DNA of 64,000 nt from Escherichia coli (lineage in GTDB: Bacteria > Pseudomonadota > Gammaproteobacteria > Enterobacterales > Enterobacteriaceae): the NCBI RefSeq assembly GCF_024502345.1, contig NZ_JALDNN010000001.1. One strand, written 5' to 3'. The notes beneath the pieces are model-generated. The model saw only the letters and a program-made list of their open reading frames with translations. It had not been told where the DNA came from and did not search any database. A program made the position numbers and the translations under genes. Shown piece after piece: positions 1 through 9,843 of this stretch (its first letter is position 1; every line of letters begins with the position of its first letter).

Positions 1-221
1 GTCTTAATCCGAAAGAGACGAAAGAGCTGGATGAGCTGATTGCCGAACTGCGTAACCATCACAACACCACTATCTTATTGATTGAACACGATATGAAGCT
101 GGTGATGGGGATTTCAGACAGAATTTACGTGGTCAATCAGGGTATGCCGCTGGCAAACGGTACGCCGGAGCAAATTCGTAATAATCCGGACGTGATCCGT
201 GCCTATTTAGGTGAGGCATAA
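1..221 (+). CDS. livG: Branched-chain amino acid ABC transporter ATP-binding protein LivG, 3' end (partial; codons in phase from position 3)
   Basis: Open frame ends ...NNPDVIRAYLGEA then TAA at 219-221, matching the LivG C-terminus from recall; livF starts 2 nt downstream. Confidence 0.85.
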   Translation, partial: LNPKETKELDELIAELRNHHNTTILLIEHDMKLVMGISDRIYVVNQGMPLANGTPEQIRNNPDVIRAYLGEA

Positions 222-222
222 G

Positions 223-936
223 ATGGAAAAAGTCATGTTGTCCTTTGACAAAGTCAGCGCCCACTACGGCAAAATCCAGGCGCTGCATGAGGTGAGCCTG
301 CATATCAATCAGGGCGAGATTGTCACGCTGATTGGCGCGAACGGGGCGGGGAAAACCACCTTGCTCGGCACGTTATGCGGCGATCCGCGCGCCACCAGCG
401 GGCGAATTGTGTTTGATGATAAAGACATTACCGACTGGCAGACGGCGAAAATCATGCGCGAAGCGGTAGCGATTGTCCCGGAAGGGCGTCGCGTCTTCTC
501 GCGGATGACGGTGGAAGAGAACCTGGCGATGGGCGGCTTTTTTGCCGAACGTGACCAGTTTCAGGAGCGCATAAAGTGGGTGTATGAGCTGTTTCCACGT
601 CTTCATGAGCGTCGTGTTCAGCGGGCGGGCACCATGTCCGGCGGTGAGCAACAAATGCTGGCGATTGGTCGCGCGCTGATGAGCAACCCGCGTTTGCTGC
701 TACTTGATGAGCCATCGCTCGGTCTTGCGCCGATTATCATCCAGCAAATTTTCGACACCATCGAGCAGCTGCGCGAGCAGGGGATGACTATCTTCCTCGT
801 CGAGCAGAACGCCAACCAGGCGCTAAAGCTGGCGGATCGCGGCTACGTGCTGGAAAACGGCCATGTGGTGCTCTCCGATACCGGCGACGCGCTGCTGGCG
901 AACGAAGCAGTGAGAAGTGCGTATTTAGGCGGGTAA
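223..936 (+). CDS. livF: Branched-chain amino acid ABC transporter ATP-binding protein LivF
   Basis: ORF track 211..936; true start taken as ATG 223 (MEKVMLSFDKV...), giving 237 aa. Walker A GANGAGKTT and ABC signature SGGEQQ present. Confidence 0.95.
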   Translation: MEKVMLSFDKVSAHYGKIQALHEVSLHINQGEIVTLIGANGAGKTTLLGTLCGDPRATSGRIVFDDKDITDWQTAKIMREAVAIVPEGRRVFSRMTVEENLAMGGFFAERDQFQERIKWVYELFPRLHERRVQRAGTMSGGEQQMLAIGRALMSNPRLLLLDEPSLGLAPIIIQQIFDTIEQLREQGMTIFLVEQNANQALKLADRGYVLENGHVVLSDTGDALLANEAVRSAYLGG

Positions 937-997
937 TAACACGTTGATTGATAAGGAGTCAAAAGACTCCTTTGAGACAGGTGACAAATGTAAAATT

Positions 998-1097
998 GCC
1001 TGATGCGCTGCGCTTATCAGGCCTACTGGGTGAGTTGCAATATATTGAATTTGCACGATCTTGTAGGCCGGATAAGGCGTTTACGCCGCATCTGGCA
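998..1097. repeat. REP/BIME-type palindromic units in the livF-ugpB intergenic region
   Basis: gcctgatgcgctgcgcttatcaggcctac and gtaggccggataaggcgtttacgccgcatctggca resemble REP consensus; a separate hairpin ggagtcaaaagactcc lies at about 956-971. Confidence 0.5.
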
Positions 1098-1332
1098 TGA
1101 AACGATGAGTAATCTGTAGAGTTTGATTCAGACCTTCTATTTTTCCGCTTATCCGTGCCCCATCTCCCATTTTCCCTCACCCACGCCGTCACCGCCTTGT
1201 CATCTTTCTGACACCTTACTATCTTACAAATGTAACAAAAAAGTTATTTTTCTGTAATTCGAGCATGTCATGTTACCCCGCGAGCATAAAACGCGTGAAT
1301 TCGCGCATTCGGTACAACAAGAGAGATAAACG

Positions 1333-2649
1333 ATGAAACCGTTACATTATACAGCTTCAGCACTGGCGCTCGGACTGGCGTTAATGGGGAATGCACAGGC
1401 AGTGACGACCATTCCGTTCTGGCATTCTATGGAAGGGGAACTGGGTAAAGAGGTGGATTCTCTGGCCCAACGTTTTAACGCCGAAAATCCGGATTACAAA
1501 ATTGTACCGACCTATAAAGGCAACTACGAACAGAATTTAAGCGCGGGGATTGCCGCATTTCGTACCGGCAACGCTCCGGCTATTTTGCAGGTTTATGAAG
1601 TTGGCACCGCCACCATGATGGCATCGAAAGCCATTAAACCGGTATATGACGTGTTTAAAGAGGCGGGGATTCAATTCGATGAGTCGCAGTTTGTGCCGAC
1701 GGTTTCCGGTTACTACTCCGACAGCAAAACGGGCCACTTACTCTCCCAGCCATTCAACAGCTCGACCCCCGTTCTCTATTACAACAAAGACGCCTTCAAG
1801 AAAGCAGGATTAGACCCGGAACAACCGCCGAAAACCTGGCAGGATCTGGCGGACTATGCCGCGAAACTGAAAGCCTCCGGTATGAAGTGCGGCTACGCCA
1901 GCGGCTGGCAGGGCTGGATCCAACTGGAAAACTTTAGCGCCTGGAACGGTCTGCCGTTTGCCAGCAAAAACAACGGCTTTGACGGCACGGACGCGGTGCT
2001 GGAGTTCAACAAGCCGGAGCAGGTGAAACACATCGCCATGCTCGAGGAGATGAACAAGAAGGGCGACTTCAGCTACGTCGGTCGTAAGGATGAATCCACC
2101 GAGAAGTTCTATAACGGTGATTGCGCGATGACCACCGCCTCTTCCGGTTCTCTTGCCAACATTCGCGAGTACGCCAAATTTAACTACGGCGTAGGCATGA
2201 TGCCTTACGACGCCGATGCGAAAGATGCGCCACAAAACGCTATTATCGGCGGAGCCAGCCTGTGGGTGATGCAGGGTAAAGATAAAGAAACGTATACCGG
2301 TGTGGCGAAGTTCCTCGATTTCCTCGCGAAGCCAGAAAACGCTGCCGAGTGGCATCAGAAAACCGGTTATCTGCCAATCACCAAAGCAGCGTATGACCTG
2401 ACCCGTGAGCAGGGCTTTTATGAGAAAAACCCAGGGGCGGATACCGCGACGCGTCAGATGCTGAATAAGCCGCCGTTGCCGTTCACCAAAGGGCTGCGTC
2501 TGGGCAACATGCCGCAGATCCGCGTGATTGTGGATGAAGAGCTGGAGAGCGTGTGGACCGGTAAGAAGACACCACAGCAGGCACTGGATACCGCCGTTGA
2601 GCGTGGAAATCAGTTGCTGCGCCGCTTTGAGAAATCGACGAAGTCTTAA
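1333..2649 (+). CDS. ugpB: sn-glycerol-3-phosphate ABC transporter periplasmic binding protein
   Basis: 438-aa ORF with signal peptide ([23 protein letters not shown]); sequence recalled as UgpB; first gene of the ugpBAECQ block. Confidence 0.95.
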   Translation: MKPLHYTASALALGLALMGNAQAVTTIPFWHSMEGELGKEVDSLAQRFNAENPDYKIVPTYKGNYEQNLSAGIAAFRTGNAPAILQVYEVGTATMMASKAIKPVYDVFKEAGIQFDESQFVPTVSGYYSDSKTGHLLSQPFNSSTPVLYYNKDAFKKAGLDPEQPPKTWQDLADYAAKLKASGMKCGYASGWQGWIQLENFSAWNGLPFASKNNGFDGTDAVLEFNKPEQVKHIAMLEEMNKKGDFSYVGRKDESTEKFYNGDCAMTTASSGSLANIREYAKFNYGVGMMPYDADAKDAPQNAIIGGASLWVMQGKDKETYTGVAKFLDFLAKPENAAEWHQKTGYLPITKAAYDLTREQGFYEKNPGADTATRQMLNKPPLPFTKGLRLGNMPQIRVIVDEELESVWTGKKTPQQALDTAVERGNQLLRRFEKSTKS

Positions 2650-2655
2650 TCAGTG

Positions 2656-2735
2656 TAATGTCGGATGCGTTTCGCTTATCTGACCTGGCATCGCGTGTAG
2701 GCCGGATAAGCGAAGCGCATCCGGCACAGTTCAGG
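2656..2735. repeat. REP palindromic pair between ugpB and ugpA
   Basis: tgtcggatgcgtttcgcttatctgacct ... gtaggccggataagcgaagcgcatccggca; inverted REP-like units. Confidence 0.5.
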
Positions 2736-2746
2736 AATTAACCGTA

Positions 2747-3634
2747 ATGTCATCATCCCGTCCGGTGTTCCGCTCGCGCTGGCTGCCTTATCTGCTGGTC
2801 GCGCCGCAGCTCATCATCACCGTTATCTTTTTTATCTGGCCTGCGGGCGAAGCGTTGTGGTACTCGCTACAAAGCGTCGATCCGTTTGGTTTCTCCAGCC
2901 AGTTTGTCGGCCTGGATAACTTCGTCACGCTGTTCCATGACAGCTACTATCTCGACTCCTTCTGGACGACGATAAAATTCAGCACCTTTGTCACCGTCAG
3001 CGGTTTGCTGGTATCGCTGTTCTTTGCGGCGCTGGTGGAGTACATCGTGCGCGGCAGCCGTTTCTATCAAACCTTAATGTTGCTGCCTTACGCCGTGGCT
3101 CCCGCCGTTGCCGCCGTATTGTGGATCTTCCTGTTTAACCCCGGTCGCGGGCTGATCACCCATTTTCTCGCGGAGTTCGGCTACGACTGGAACCACGCGC
3201 AAAACAGCGGTCAGGCAATGTTTCTGGTGGTGTTTGCCTCAGTATGGAAGCAAATCAGCTACAACTTCCTGTTCTTCTATGCCGCGCTGCAATCCATTCC
3301 CCGTTCGTTGATCGAAGCCGCAGCCATCGACGGTGCAGGGCCGATTCGCCGCTTCTTTAAGATTGCGCTGCCGCTTATCGCCCCGGTGAGTTTCTTCCTG
3401 CTGGTAGTGAACCTGGTGTATGCCTTCTTCGACACCTTCCCGGTGATCGACGCCGCCACGTCCGGCGGGCCGGTTCAGGCCACCACGACGCTGATTTATA
3501 AGATCTACCGCGAAGGTTTTACCGGACTGGATCTGGCTTCGTCTGCCGCACAGTCGGTGGTGTTGATGTTCCTCGTCATCGTGCTGACGGTGGTGCAATT
3601 CCGCTATGTAGAAAGCAAGGTACGTTACCAATGA
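2747..3634 (+). CDS. ugpA: sn-glycerol-3-phosphate ABC transporter permease
   Basis: 295-aa polytopic membrane ORF; synteny and recalled sequence. Confidence 0.95.
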
Positions 3635-4476
3635 TTGAGAACCGTCCGTGGCTGACGATATTCAGCCATACCATGCTGATCCTCGGGATCGCGGTGATCC
3701 TCTTCCCGCTGTACGTGGCGTTTGTCGCGGCGACGCTGGATAAACAAGCCGTCTACGCCGCGCCGATGACGCTAATCCCCGGCACGCATCTGCTGGAAAA
3801 CATCCACAACATCTGGGTAAACGGGGTAGGCACAAATAGTGCGCCGTTCTGGCGGATGTTGCTTAACAGCTTCGTGATGGCGTTCAGCATTACGCTCGGC
3901 AAAATTACCGTCTCGATGCTCTCGGCATTCGCCATTGTCTGGTTTCGTTTTCCGCTGCGTAACCTCTTTTTCTGGATGATTTTTATCACCCTGATGTTGC
4001 CGGTTGAAGTACGTATCTTCCCGACGGTGGAAGTCATCGCCAACCTGAAGATGCTCGACAGCTACGCAGGTTTAACGCTGCCGCTGATGGCCTCGGCGAC
4101 CGCGACGTTTCTTTTCCGCCAGTTCTTTATGACCCTACCGGATGAACTGGTGGAAGCCGCGCGGATCGACGGCGCGTCGCCAATGCGCTTCTTTTGCGAC
4201 ATCGTTTTTCCGTTGTCCAAAACTAATCTGGCGGCGCTGTTTGTGATCACCTTTATTTACGGCTGGAACCAGTATTTGTGGCCGTTGTTGATTATTACCG
4301 ACGTGGATCTCGGCACCACCGTGGCAGGGATCAAAGGGATGATCGCCACTGGCGAAGGCACCACGGAATGGAACTCAGTGATGGCGGCGATGTTGTTAAC
4401 CCTGATCCCACCAGTAGTGATTGTTTTAGTGATGCAGCGTGCCTTCGTGCGCGGCCTGGTCGATAGTGAGAAATAA
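3631..4476 (+). CDS. ugpE: sn-glycerol-3-phosphate ABC transporter permease
   Basis: 281-aa membrane ORF; ATGA overlap with the ugpA stop (3631-3634). Confidence 0.95.
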
Positions 4477-4477
4477 G

Positions 4478-5548
4478 ATGGCAGGACTGAAATTACAGGC
4501 AGTAACCAAAAGCTGGGATGGCAAAACCCAGGTGATTAAACCGCTGACCCTTGATGTGGCGGATGGCGAATTTATCGTGATGGTCGGGCCGTCAGGCTGC
4601 GGGAAATCGACGCTGCTGCGCATGGTTGCCGGGCTGGAGCGGGTGACGGAAGGCGATATCTGGATCAACGACCAGCGGGTGACCGAAATGGAGCCGAAAG
4701 ATCGCGGGATTGCGATGGTGTTCCAGAACTACGCGCTTTATCCGCATATGAGTGTTGAAGAAAACATGGCGTGGGGGCTGAAAATTCGCGGCATGGGCAA
4801 GCAGCAAATTGCCGAGCGCGTTAAAGAAGCAGCGCGCATTCTGGAACTGGACGGTCTGCTTAAGCGCCGCCCGCGCGAGCTTTCCGGCGGTCAGCGTCAG
4901 CGTGTGGCGATGGGTCGCGCGATTGTGCGCGATCCGGCGGTGTTCCTGTTTGATGAGCCGCTCTCTAACCTCGATGCCAAGCTGCGCGTGCAGATGCGCC
5001 TTGAGCTGCAACAGCTGCACCGTCGCCTGAAAACGACTTCACTCTACGTTACTCACGATCAGGTTGAAGCGATGACGCTCGCCCAGCGAGTAATGGTGAT
5101 GAACGGCGGCGTTGCCGAACAGATTGGCACACCAGTTGAAGTCTACGAAAAGCCCGCCAGCCTGTTTGTAGCGAGTTTTATCGGCAGTCCGGCGATGAAC
5201 CTGCTGACAGGCCGCGTGAATAACGAAGGCACGCATTTCGAACTGGACGGCGGTATTGAGCTGCCGCTAAACGGTGGCTACCGTCAGTATGCCGGGCGTA
5301 AAATGACTCTCGGCATTCGCCCGGAACATATTGCGCTAAGCTCGCAGGCAGAAGGCGGCGTACCGCTGGTGATGGACACGCTGGAGATCCTCGGCGCAGA
5401 TAACCTGGCGCACGGACGCTGGGGCGAGCAGAAGCTGGTGGTGCGACTGGCGCATCAGGAGCGCCCGACGGCAGGCAGCACGCTGTGGCTGCATCTGGCG
5501 GAAAATCAGCTGCATCTTTTTGATGGTGAAACAGGACAACGAGTATGA
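4478..5548 (+). CDS. ugpC: sn-glycerol-3-phosphate ABC transporter ATP-binding protein
   Basis: ORF track 4439..5548; start reassigned to ATG 4478 ([11 protein letters not shown]...), 356 aa, immediately after the ugpE stop at 4474-4476. Walker [10 protein letters not shown]. Confidence 0.95.
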   Translation: MAGLKLQAVTKSWDGKTQVIKPLTLDVADGEFIVMVGPSGCGKSTLLRMVAGLERVTEGDIWINDQRVTEMEPKDRGIAMVFQNYALYPHMSVEENMAWGLKIRGMGKQQIAERVKEAARILELDGLLKRRPRELSGGQRQRVAMGRAIVRDPAVFLFDEPLSNLDAKLRVQMRLELQQLHRRLKTTSLYVTHDQVEAMTLAQRVMVMNGGVAEQIGTPVEVYEKPASLFVASFIGSPAMNLLTGRVNNEGTHFELDGGIELPLNGGYRQYAGRKMTLGIRPEHIALSSQAEGGVPLVMDTLEILGADNLAHGRWGEQKLVVRLAHQERPTAGSTLWLHLAENQLHLFDGETGQRV

Positions 5549-6288
5549 GTAACTGGCCTTATCCCCGCATCGTCGCTCATCGTGGCGGCGGTAAGCTGGC
5601 CCCGGAAAACACCCTGGCGGCAATCGACGTCGGGGCAAAATACGGTCATAAGATGATCGAATTTGACGCGAAGTTATCGAAAGATGGCGAGATCTTCCTG
5701 CTCCATGACGACAATCTCGAACGCACCAGCAACGGCTGGGGCGTCGCGGGTGAACTGAACTGGCAGGATTTACTGCGCGTGGATGCGGGCAGTTGGTACA
5801 GCAAAGCGTTTAAAGGTGAGCCGCTGCCGTTGCTTTCGCAGGTGGCGGAACGCTGTCGCGAACACGGGATGATGGCGAATATCGAAATCAAACCCACCAC
5901 TGGCACTGGACCATTAACGGGCAAAATGGTGGCGCTGGCGGCACGCCAACTGTGGGCCGGTATGACGCCGCCGCTGCTGTCATCGTTTGAGATTGATGCT
6001 TTAGAAGCTGCACAGCTGGCGGCACCGGAACTGCCGCGTGGTTTATTGCTTGATGAGTGGCGCGACGACTGGCGCGAACTGACCGCGCGGCTGGGCTGCG
6101 TCTCTATTCATCTCAATCATAAGTTACTCGATAAAGTGCGAGTGATGCAGTTGAAAGACGCCGGACTGCGGATTCTGGTTTATACCGTCAATAAACCCCA
6201 GCGCGCGGCAGAGTTGCTGCGCTGGGGCGTGGATTGCATCTGTACCGATGCGATTGACGTGATTGGTCCGAACTTTACGGCCCAATAG
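5545..6288 (+). CDS. ugpQ: Glycerophosphodiester phosphodiesterase
   Basis: 247-aa ORF; start overlaps the ugpC stop (ATGA at 5545-5548); GP-PDE-type N-terminus (VAHRGG). Confidence 0.95.
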
Positions 6289-6715
6289 TTTTCAACGGAA
6301 TGTCAGGCTGCGGCGTGCTGGGCTGATTCAGCATGTCGCCGTTTCTCCTCTCCGGCAGCATATGCTGCTGATTCAACGAACTATCCGGATTACGGTTGCT
6401 GTTTAACATCCCGCCGTTGGTGTTGGGCAGCATTTGCTGCCGGGCGGGATTTCGCTCCCCCGGCTGTGACTGCAACACCCGCTGAGAATTATTGTTTATC
6501 TGGTTTTCTAAATGCTGCTGTTGCAACTGAGTTTGCGTTTTCAGTTGCTGATTCAGCATCCCTTTTTGCTGGATTTGCTGAGTCTGCATCTGGGTTTGCA
6601 TCCGCTGCTGGCTGGGTATCTGATACCCCGGCTGGTTAGGGTTGTTCAGAGTATTAATGGGCTGTGCAAAGCCGACAAACGGCAGGAGTGCCGTAAGAAT
6701 CAGAAGTCGTTTCAT
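6275..6715 (-). CDS. yhhA: Q/N-rich secreted protein of unknown function (YhhA)
   Basis: 146-aa ORF with N-terminal signal peptide ([17 protein letters not shown]) followed by a strongly Gln/Asn-rich low-complexity sequence; its 3' end overlaps the ugpQ 3' end by 14 bp (convergent). Confidence 0.85.
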
Positions 6716-6834
6716 CGCGTATCCTCCTCTGAAGATATCCTTTAAGTTTACTCGCTTCCCGACAAAACGATGATTAATTCAGAGTTATATACCAGGCTTA
6801 GCTGGGGTTGCCCCTTAATCTCTGGAGAATAACG

Positions 6835-8577
6835 ATGATAAAACCGACGTTTTTACGCCGGGTGGCCATTGCTGCTCTGCTCTCAGGAAGTTGTTTTAGC
6901 GCCGCCGCCGCGCCTCCTGCGCCGCCCGTCTCGTATGGTGTGGAGGAAGATGTCTTCCACCCGGTACGCGCGAAACAGGGAATGGTAGCGTCTGTGGACG
7001 CCACTGCCACTCAGGTGGGGGTGGATATTCTCAAGGAGGGCGGGAATGCCGTTGATGCCGCCGTGGCGGTGGGCTACGCGCTGGCGGTAACGCATCCGCA
7101 GGCAGGGAATCTGGGCGGTGGTGGTTTTATGTTAATCCGCTCGAAAAATGGCAATACCACGGCTATCGATTTCCGCGAAATGGCACCCGCCAAAGCGACC
7201 CGCGATATGTTCCTCGATGATCAGGGCAACCCGGACAGCAAAAAATCACTCACTTCGCATCTGGCTTCCGGCACACCGGGTACGGTAGCAGGTTTCTCGC
7301 TGGCGCTGGATAAATACGGCACCATGCCGCTGAACAAAGTCGTGCAGCCCGCGTTTAAACTGGCACGCGATGGTTTTATCGTTAACGACGCGCTGGCTGA
7401 CGATCTCAAAACCTACGGTAGCGAAGTGTTGCCGAATCACGAAAACAGTAAAGCTATCTTCTGGAAAGAGGGCGAGCCGCTGAAAAAGGGCGACACGCTG
7501 GTGCAGGCGAACCTGGCAAAGAGCCTGGAGATGATTGCTGAAAACGGCCCGGACGAATTCTATAAAGGCACGATTGCGGAACAGATCGCCCAGGAGATGC
7601 AGAAAAACGGTGGCTTGATCACTAAAGAAGATTTAGCGGCCTATAAAGCGGTCGAACGCACTCCGATAAGCGGCGATTATCGCGGGTATCAGGTTTACTC
7701 CATGCCACCGCCATCCTCCGGCGGGATCCATATCGTACAAATCCTCAATATTCTGGAAAACTTCGATATGAAGAAATACGGCTTTGGCAGCGCCGATGCG
7801 ATGCAAATCATGGCAGAAGCGGAGAAACACGCCTACGCCGACCGCTCGGAATATCTTGGCGACCCGGATTTTGTCAAAGTCCCGTGGCAGGCACTGACCA
7901 ATAAAGCCTATGCCAAATCCATTGCCGATCAAATTGATATCAACAAAGCGAAGCCGTCCAGTGAGATTCGCCCTGGCAAGCTTGCGCCTTATGAGAGTAA
8001 TCAAACTACCCATTACTCAGTGGTGGATAAAGATGGTAACGCGGTGGCGGTGACCTATACGCTGAACACCACCTTCGGTACGGGCATTGTCGCGGGCGAG
8101 AGCGGTATTCTGCTTAATAATCAGATGGATGATTTCTCCGCTAAACCGGGCGTACCGAACGTTTACGGGCTGGTGGGCGGTGATGCCAACGCCGTCGGGC
8201 CGAATAAACGTCCGCTGTCGTCAATGTCACCAACGATTGTGGTGAAAGACGGTAAAACCTGGCTGGTCACCGGTAGCCCTGGCGGGAGCCGGATCATCAC
8301 TACAGTGCTGCAAATGGTGGTGAATAGCATCGATTATGGCATGAACGTCGCCGAAGCGACCAATGCGCCGCGTTTCCACCATCAGTGGTTGCCGGACGAG
8401 CTGCGTGTCGAAAAAGGGTTTAGCCCGGATACGCTCAAGCTGCTGGAAGCAAAAGGTCAGAAAGTGGCGCTGAAAGAGGCGATGGGCAGTACACAAAGCA
8501 TTATGGTTGGGCCGGACGGTGAGTTGTACGGCGCATCCGACCCGCGCTCGGTGGATGATTTAACGGCGGGGTACTAA
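6835..8577 (+). CDS. ggt: Gamma-glutamyltranspeptidase
   Basis: ORF track 6808..8577; start set at ATG 6835 (MIKPTFLRRVAIAALL...), 580 aa; signal peptide and recalled Ggt sequence. Confidence 0.95.
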   Translation: MIKPTFLRRVAIAALLSGSCFSAAAAPPAPPVSYGVEEDVFHPVRAKQGMVASVDATATQVGVDILKEGGNAVDAAVAVGYALAVTHPQAGNLGGGGFMLIRSKNGNTTAIDFREMAPAKATRDMFLDDQGNPDSKKSLTSHLASGTPGTVAGFSLALDKYGTMPLNKVVQPAFKLARDGFIVNDALADDLKTYGSEVLPNHENSKAIFWKEGEPLKKGDTLVQANLAKSLEMIAENGPDEFYKGTIAEQIAQEMQKNGGLITKEDLAAYKAVERTPISGDYRGYQVYSMPPPSSGGIHIVQILNILENFDMKKYGFGSADAMQIMAEAEKHAYADRSEYLGDPDFVKVPWQALTNKAYAKSIADQIDINKAKPSSEIRPGKLAPYESNQTTHYSVVDKDGNAVAVTYTLNTTFGTGIVAGESGILLNNQMDDFSAKPGVPNVYGLVGGDANAVGPNKRPLSSMSPTIVVKDGKTWLVTGSPGGSRIITTVLQMVVNSIDYGMNVAEATNAPRFHHQWLPDELRVEKGFSPDTLKLLEAKGQKVALKEAMGSTQSIMVGPDGELYGASDPRSVDDLTAGY

Positions 8578-8585
8578 GGTTAGCG

Positions 8586-8613
8586 GCCCTCTTCGTGGGA
8601 AGAGGGCTATTTT
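8586..8613. terminator. Hairpin terminator between convergent ggt and yrhB
   Basis: Perfect 9-bp stem gccctcttc / gaagagggc (8586-8594 and 8599-8607) with 4-nt loop, followed by tattttg. Confidence 0.6.
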
Positions 8614-8614
8614 G

Positions 8615-8899
8615 TCAGGGCAAGCCGAAGGTAGCCTTTTTTATTTCGTAATCCTGTAGATATTCTTCCAGCGGCTTTGCCGTTCCCAGAGAATGAATTT
8701 CACCACTGTCTTTATCAATAATAAAAGGTGCGTTACCAGCTAAGCGCGCGGCCTCATCTCCAGTTTCGAGAAATTCTCGTGCTTCGAAACAGAAATACCA
8801 GCCCTGGCTAAAGCGTCCATGTAGAGTAATGACGACCGGGAGATCTGCATCATCAAGGTAATGGTTCGCTTTCGCGAATGCGTCGTGATAAGTAATCAT
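8615..8899 (-). CDS. yrhB: Small heat-stable chaperone-like protein YrhB
   Basis: 94-aa ORF MITYHDAFAKANHYLDD... recalled as YrhB. Confidence 0.85.
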   Translation of the reverse strand: MITYHDAFAKANHYLDDADLPVVITLHGRFSQGWYFCFEAREFLETGDEAARLAGNAPFIIDKDSGEIHSLGTAKPLEEYLQDYEIKKATFGLP

Positions 8900-9098
8900 A
8901 ATTATAATAAATATTATTGTTGAGTGTTATATTATTATTCCTGTGTGATACATTGAGCAAAGACGCGTTCATCTTCGTCAAAGATATTATTAAATGCTGG
9001 TTTTGAAAAAAGTTCATCGGATAAGATATAGTCACGAAATAAGTATCTGCTAATATTTTATGATTTCTTTTTCAGAACGTCGAACGGGATTTTCTTAT

Positions 9099-9254
9099 TT
9101 AAGATATCAGAATCTTATGATTCGGGTAAAATTCTAAATAAATCAACATGTCATTAAAATCATCATAGCCATTAGCTATTTCGGCTAAAATAGAGACTAC
9201 ATGTCTTCGGTCCATCTCACTTAAGGAGTGTAGTTCCGTTGTAAGTTTTTCCAT
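9099..9254 (-). CDS. yrhD: Small protein, 51 aa (YrhD-like), not on the supplied ORF track
   Basis: Hand translation of the minus strand from ATG at 9254 gives MEKLTTELHSLSEMDRRHVVSILAEIANGYDDFNDMLIYLEFYPNHKILIS then stop at 9099-9101. Length and position match my recollection of K-12 yrhD; below the 60-aa track cut-off. Confidence 0.5.
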   Translation of the reverse strand: MEKLTTELHSLSEMDRRHVVSILAEIANGYDDFNDMLIYLEFYPNHKILIS

Positions 9255-9348
9255 AGCTTGCACTGCTAAATTTCGAACAAGGAATTTTCTGCTGGTAATC
9301 TCTAAAAAGATGGCATGGTTTACAATGATTTTTGTTTCCTTTTGATTA

Positions 9349-9843
9349 TTATGAACAACTGTCCATGATTTCGTTTAAGAATGAAGAGAAATCACTAAAC
9401 GAACTGAATATATTTTCTGTGCCAATATTATCTCTAATTTCAAAAAAGTTACTTTTAATGTCATAAGTAAATATTGAAATGCTATCATCCCCGATCACTA
9501 ACCGTTCTTGTAGATCAGGGTTTATGAAATCATCATTATTTCTATAAAATTCATTTACGGCAAAAAGGTTTTTAACTGAAGGTTCTGGAATCGAGAGGCT
9601 AAATAATCGTAATCCATTAACTTCGAATCCATCCATTGCTCTTAAAAAAGTAAGATAATCAGGTTGATTCTTAAAAAGAATACTAACTTCATTACATAAC
9701 TTCTCCAGGCAATTAGTTGAATTAGAATTAAATTCTATTTGGATTATACTTTCAATAAATGATTCCTTGAGCGGAGCTTCAAATGGATAGTCTAAATCAT
9801 TCATCATTTTTATTAATTTATTTATTTGGGTTTTAGTCATCAT
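9349..9843 (-). CDS. yrhA: Putative immunity protein for the upstream Hcp-nuclease toxin (YrhA-like, apparently intact)
   Basis: 164-aa AT-rich ORF immediately downstream of the toxin gene, with ATGA start/stop overlap (9840-9843); position typical of a toxin-immunity pair. Function inferred from context only. Confidence 0.6.
   Translation of the reverse strand: MMTKTQINKLIKMMNDLDYPFEAPLKESFIESIIQIEFNSNSTNCLEKLCNEVSILFKNQPDYLTFLRAMDGFEVNGLRLFSLSIPEPSVKNLFAVNEFYRNNDDFINPDLQERLVIGDDSISIFTYDIKSNFFEIRDNIGTENIFSSFSDFSSFLNEIMDSCS

Noticed and set aside
211-936. N-terminally extended ORF-track models for livF, ugpC (4439), ggt (6808), asd (17938), glgC (23512), glpD (35118), glpE (35269), gntX (52234), feoB (56656), feoC (54332), greB (60256), ompR (60433), yhhY (11817) and gntK (15264)
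   Set aside because: The track takes the first ATG/GTG/TTG after a stop. Recalled N-termini of the E. coli proteins and upstream-gene stop positions support the shorter starts listed in the features.
959-1192. 77-aa minus-strand ORF in the livF-ugpB intergenic region
   Set aside because: Overlaps the REP/BIME palindromes; reads through repeat DNA and is most likely not coding.
8900-9348. IS1 copy expected between yrhB and yrhA by analogy with K-12
   Set aside because: No IS1-like sequence (insA/insB ORFs or terminal repeats) is present; the interval is simply AT-rich spacer plus the 51-aa ORF.
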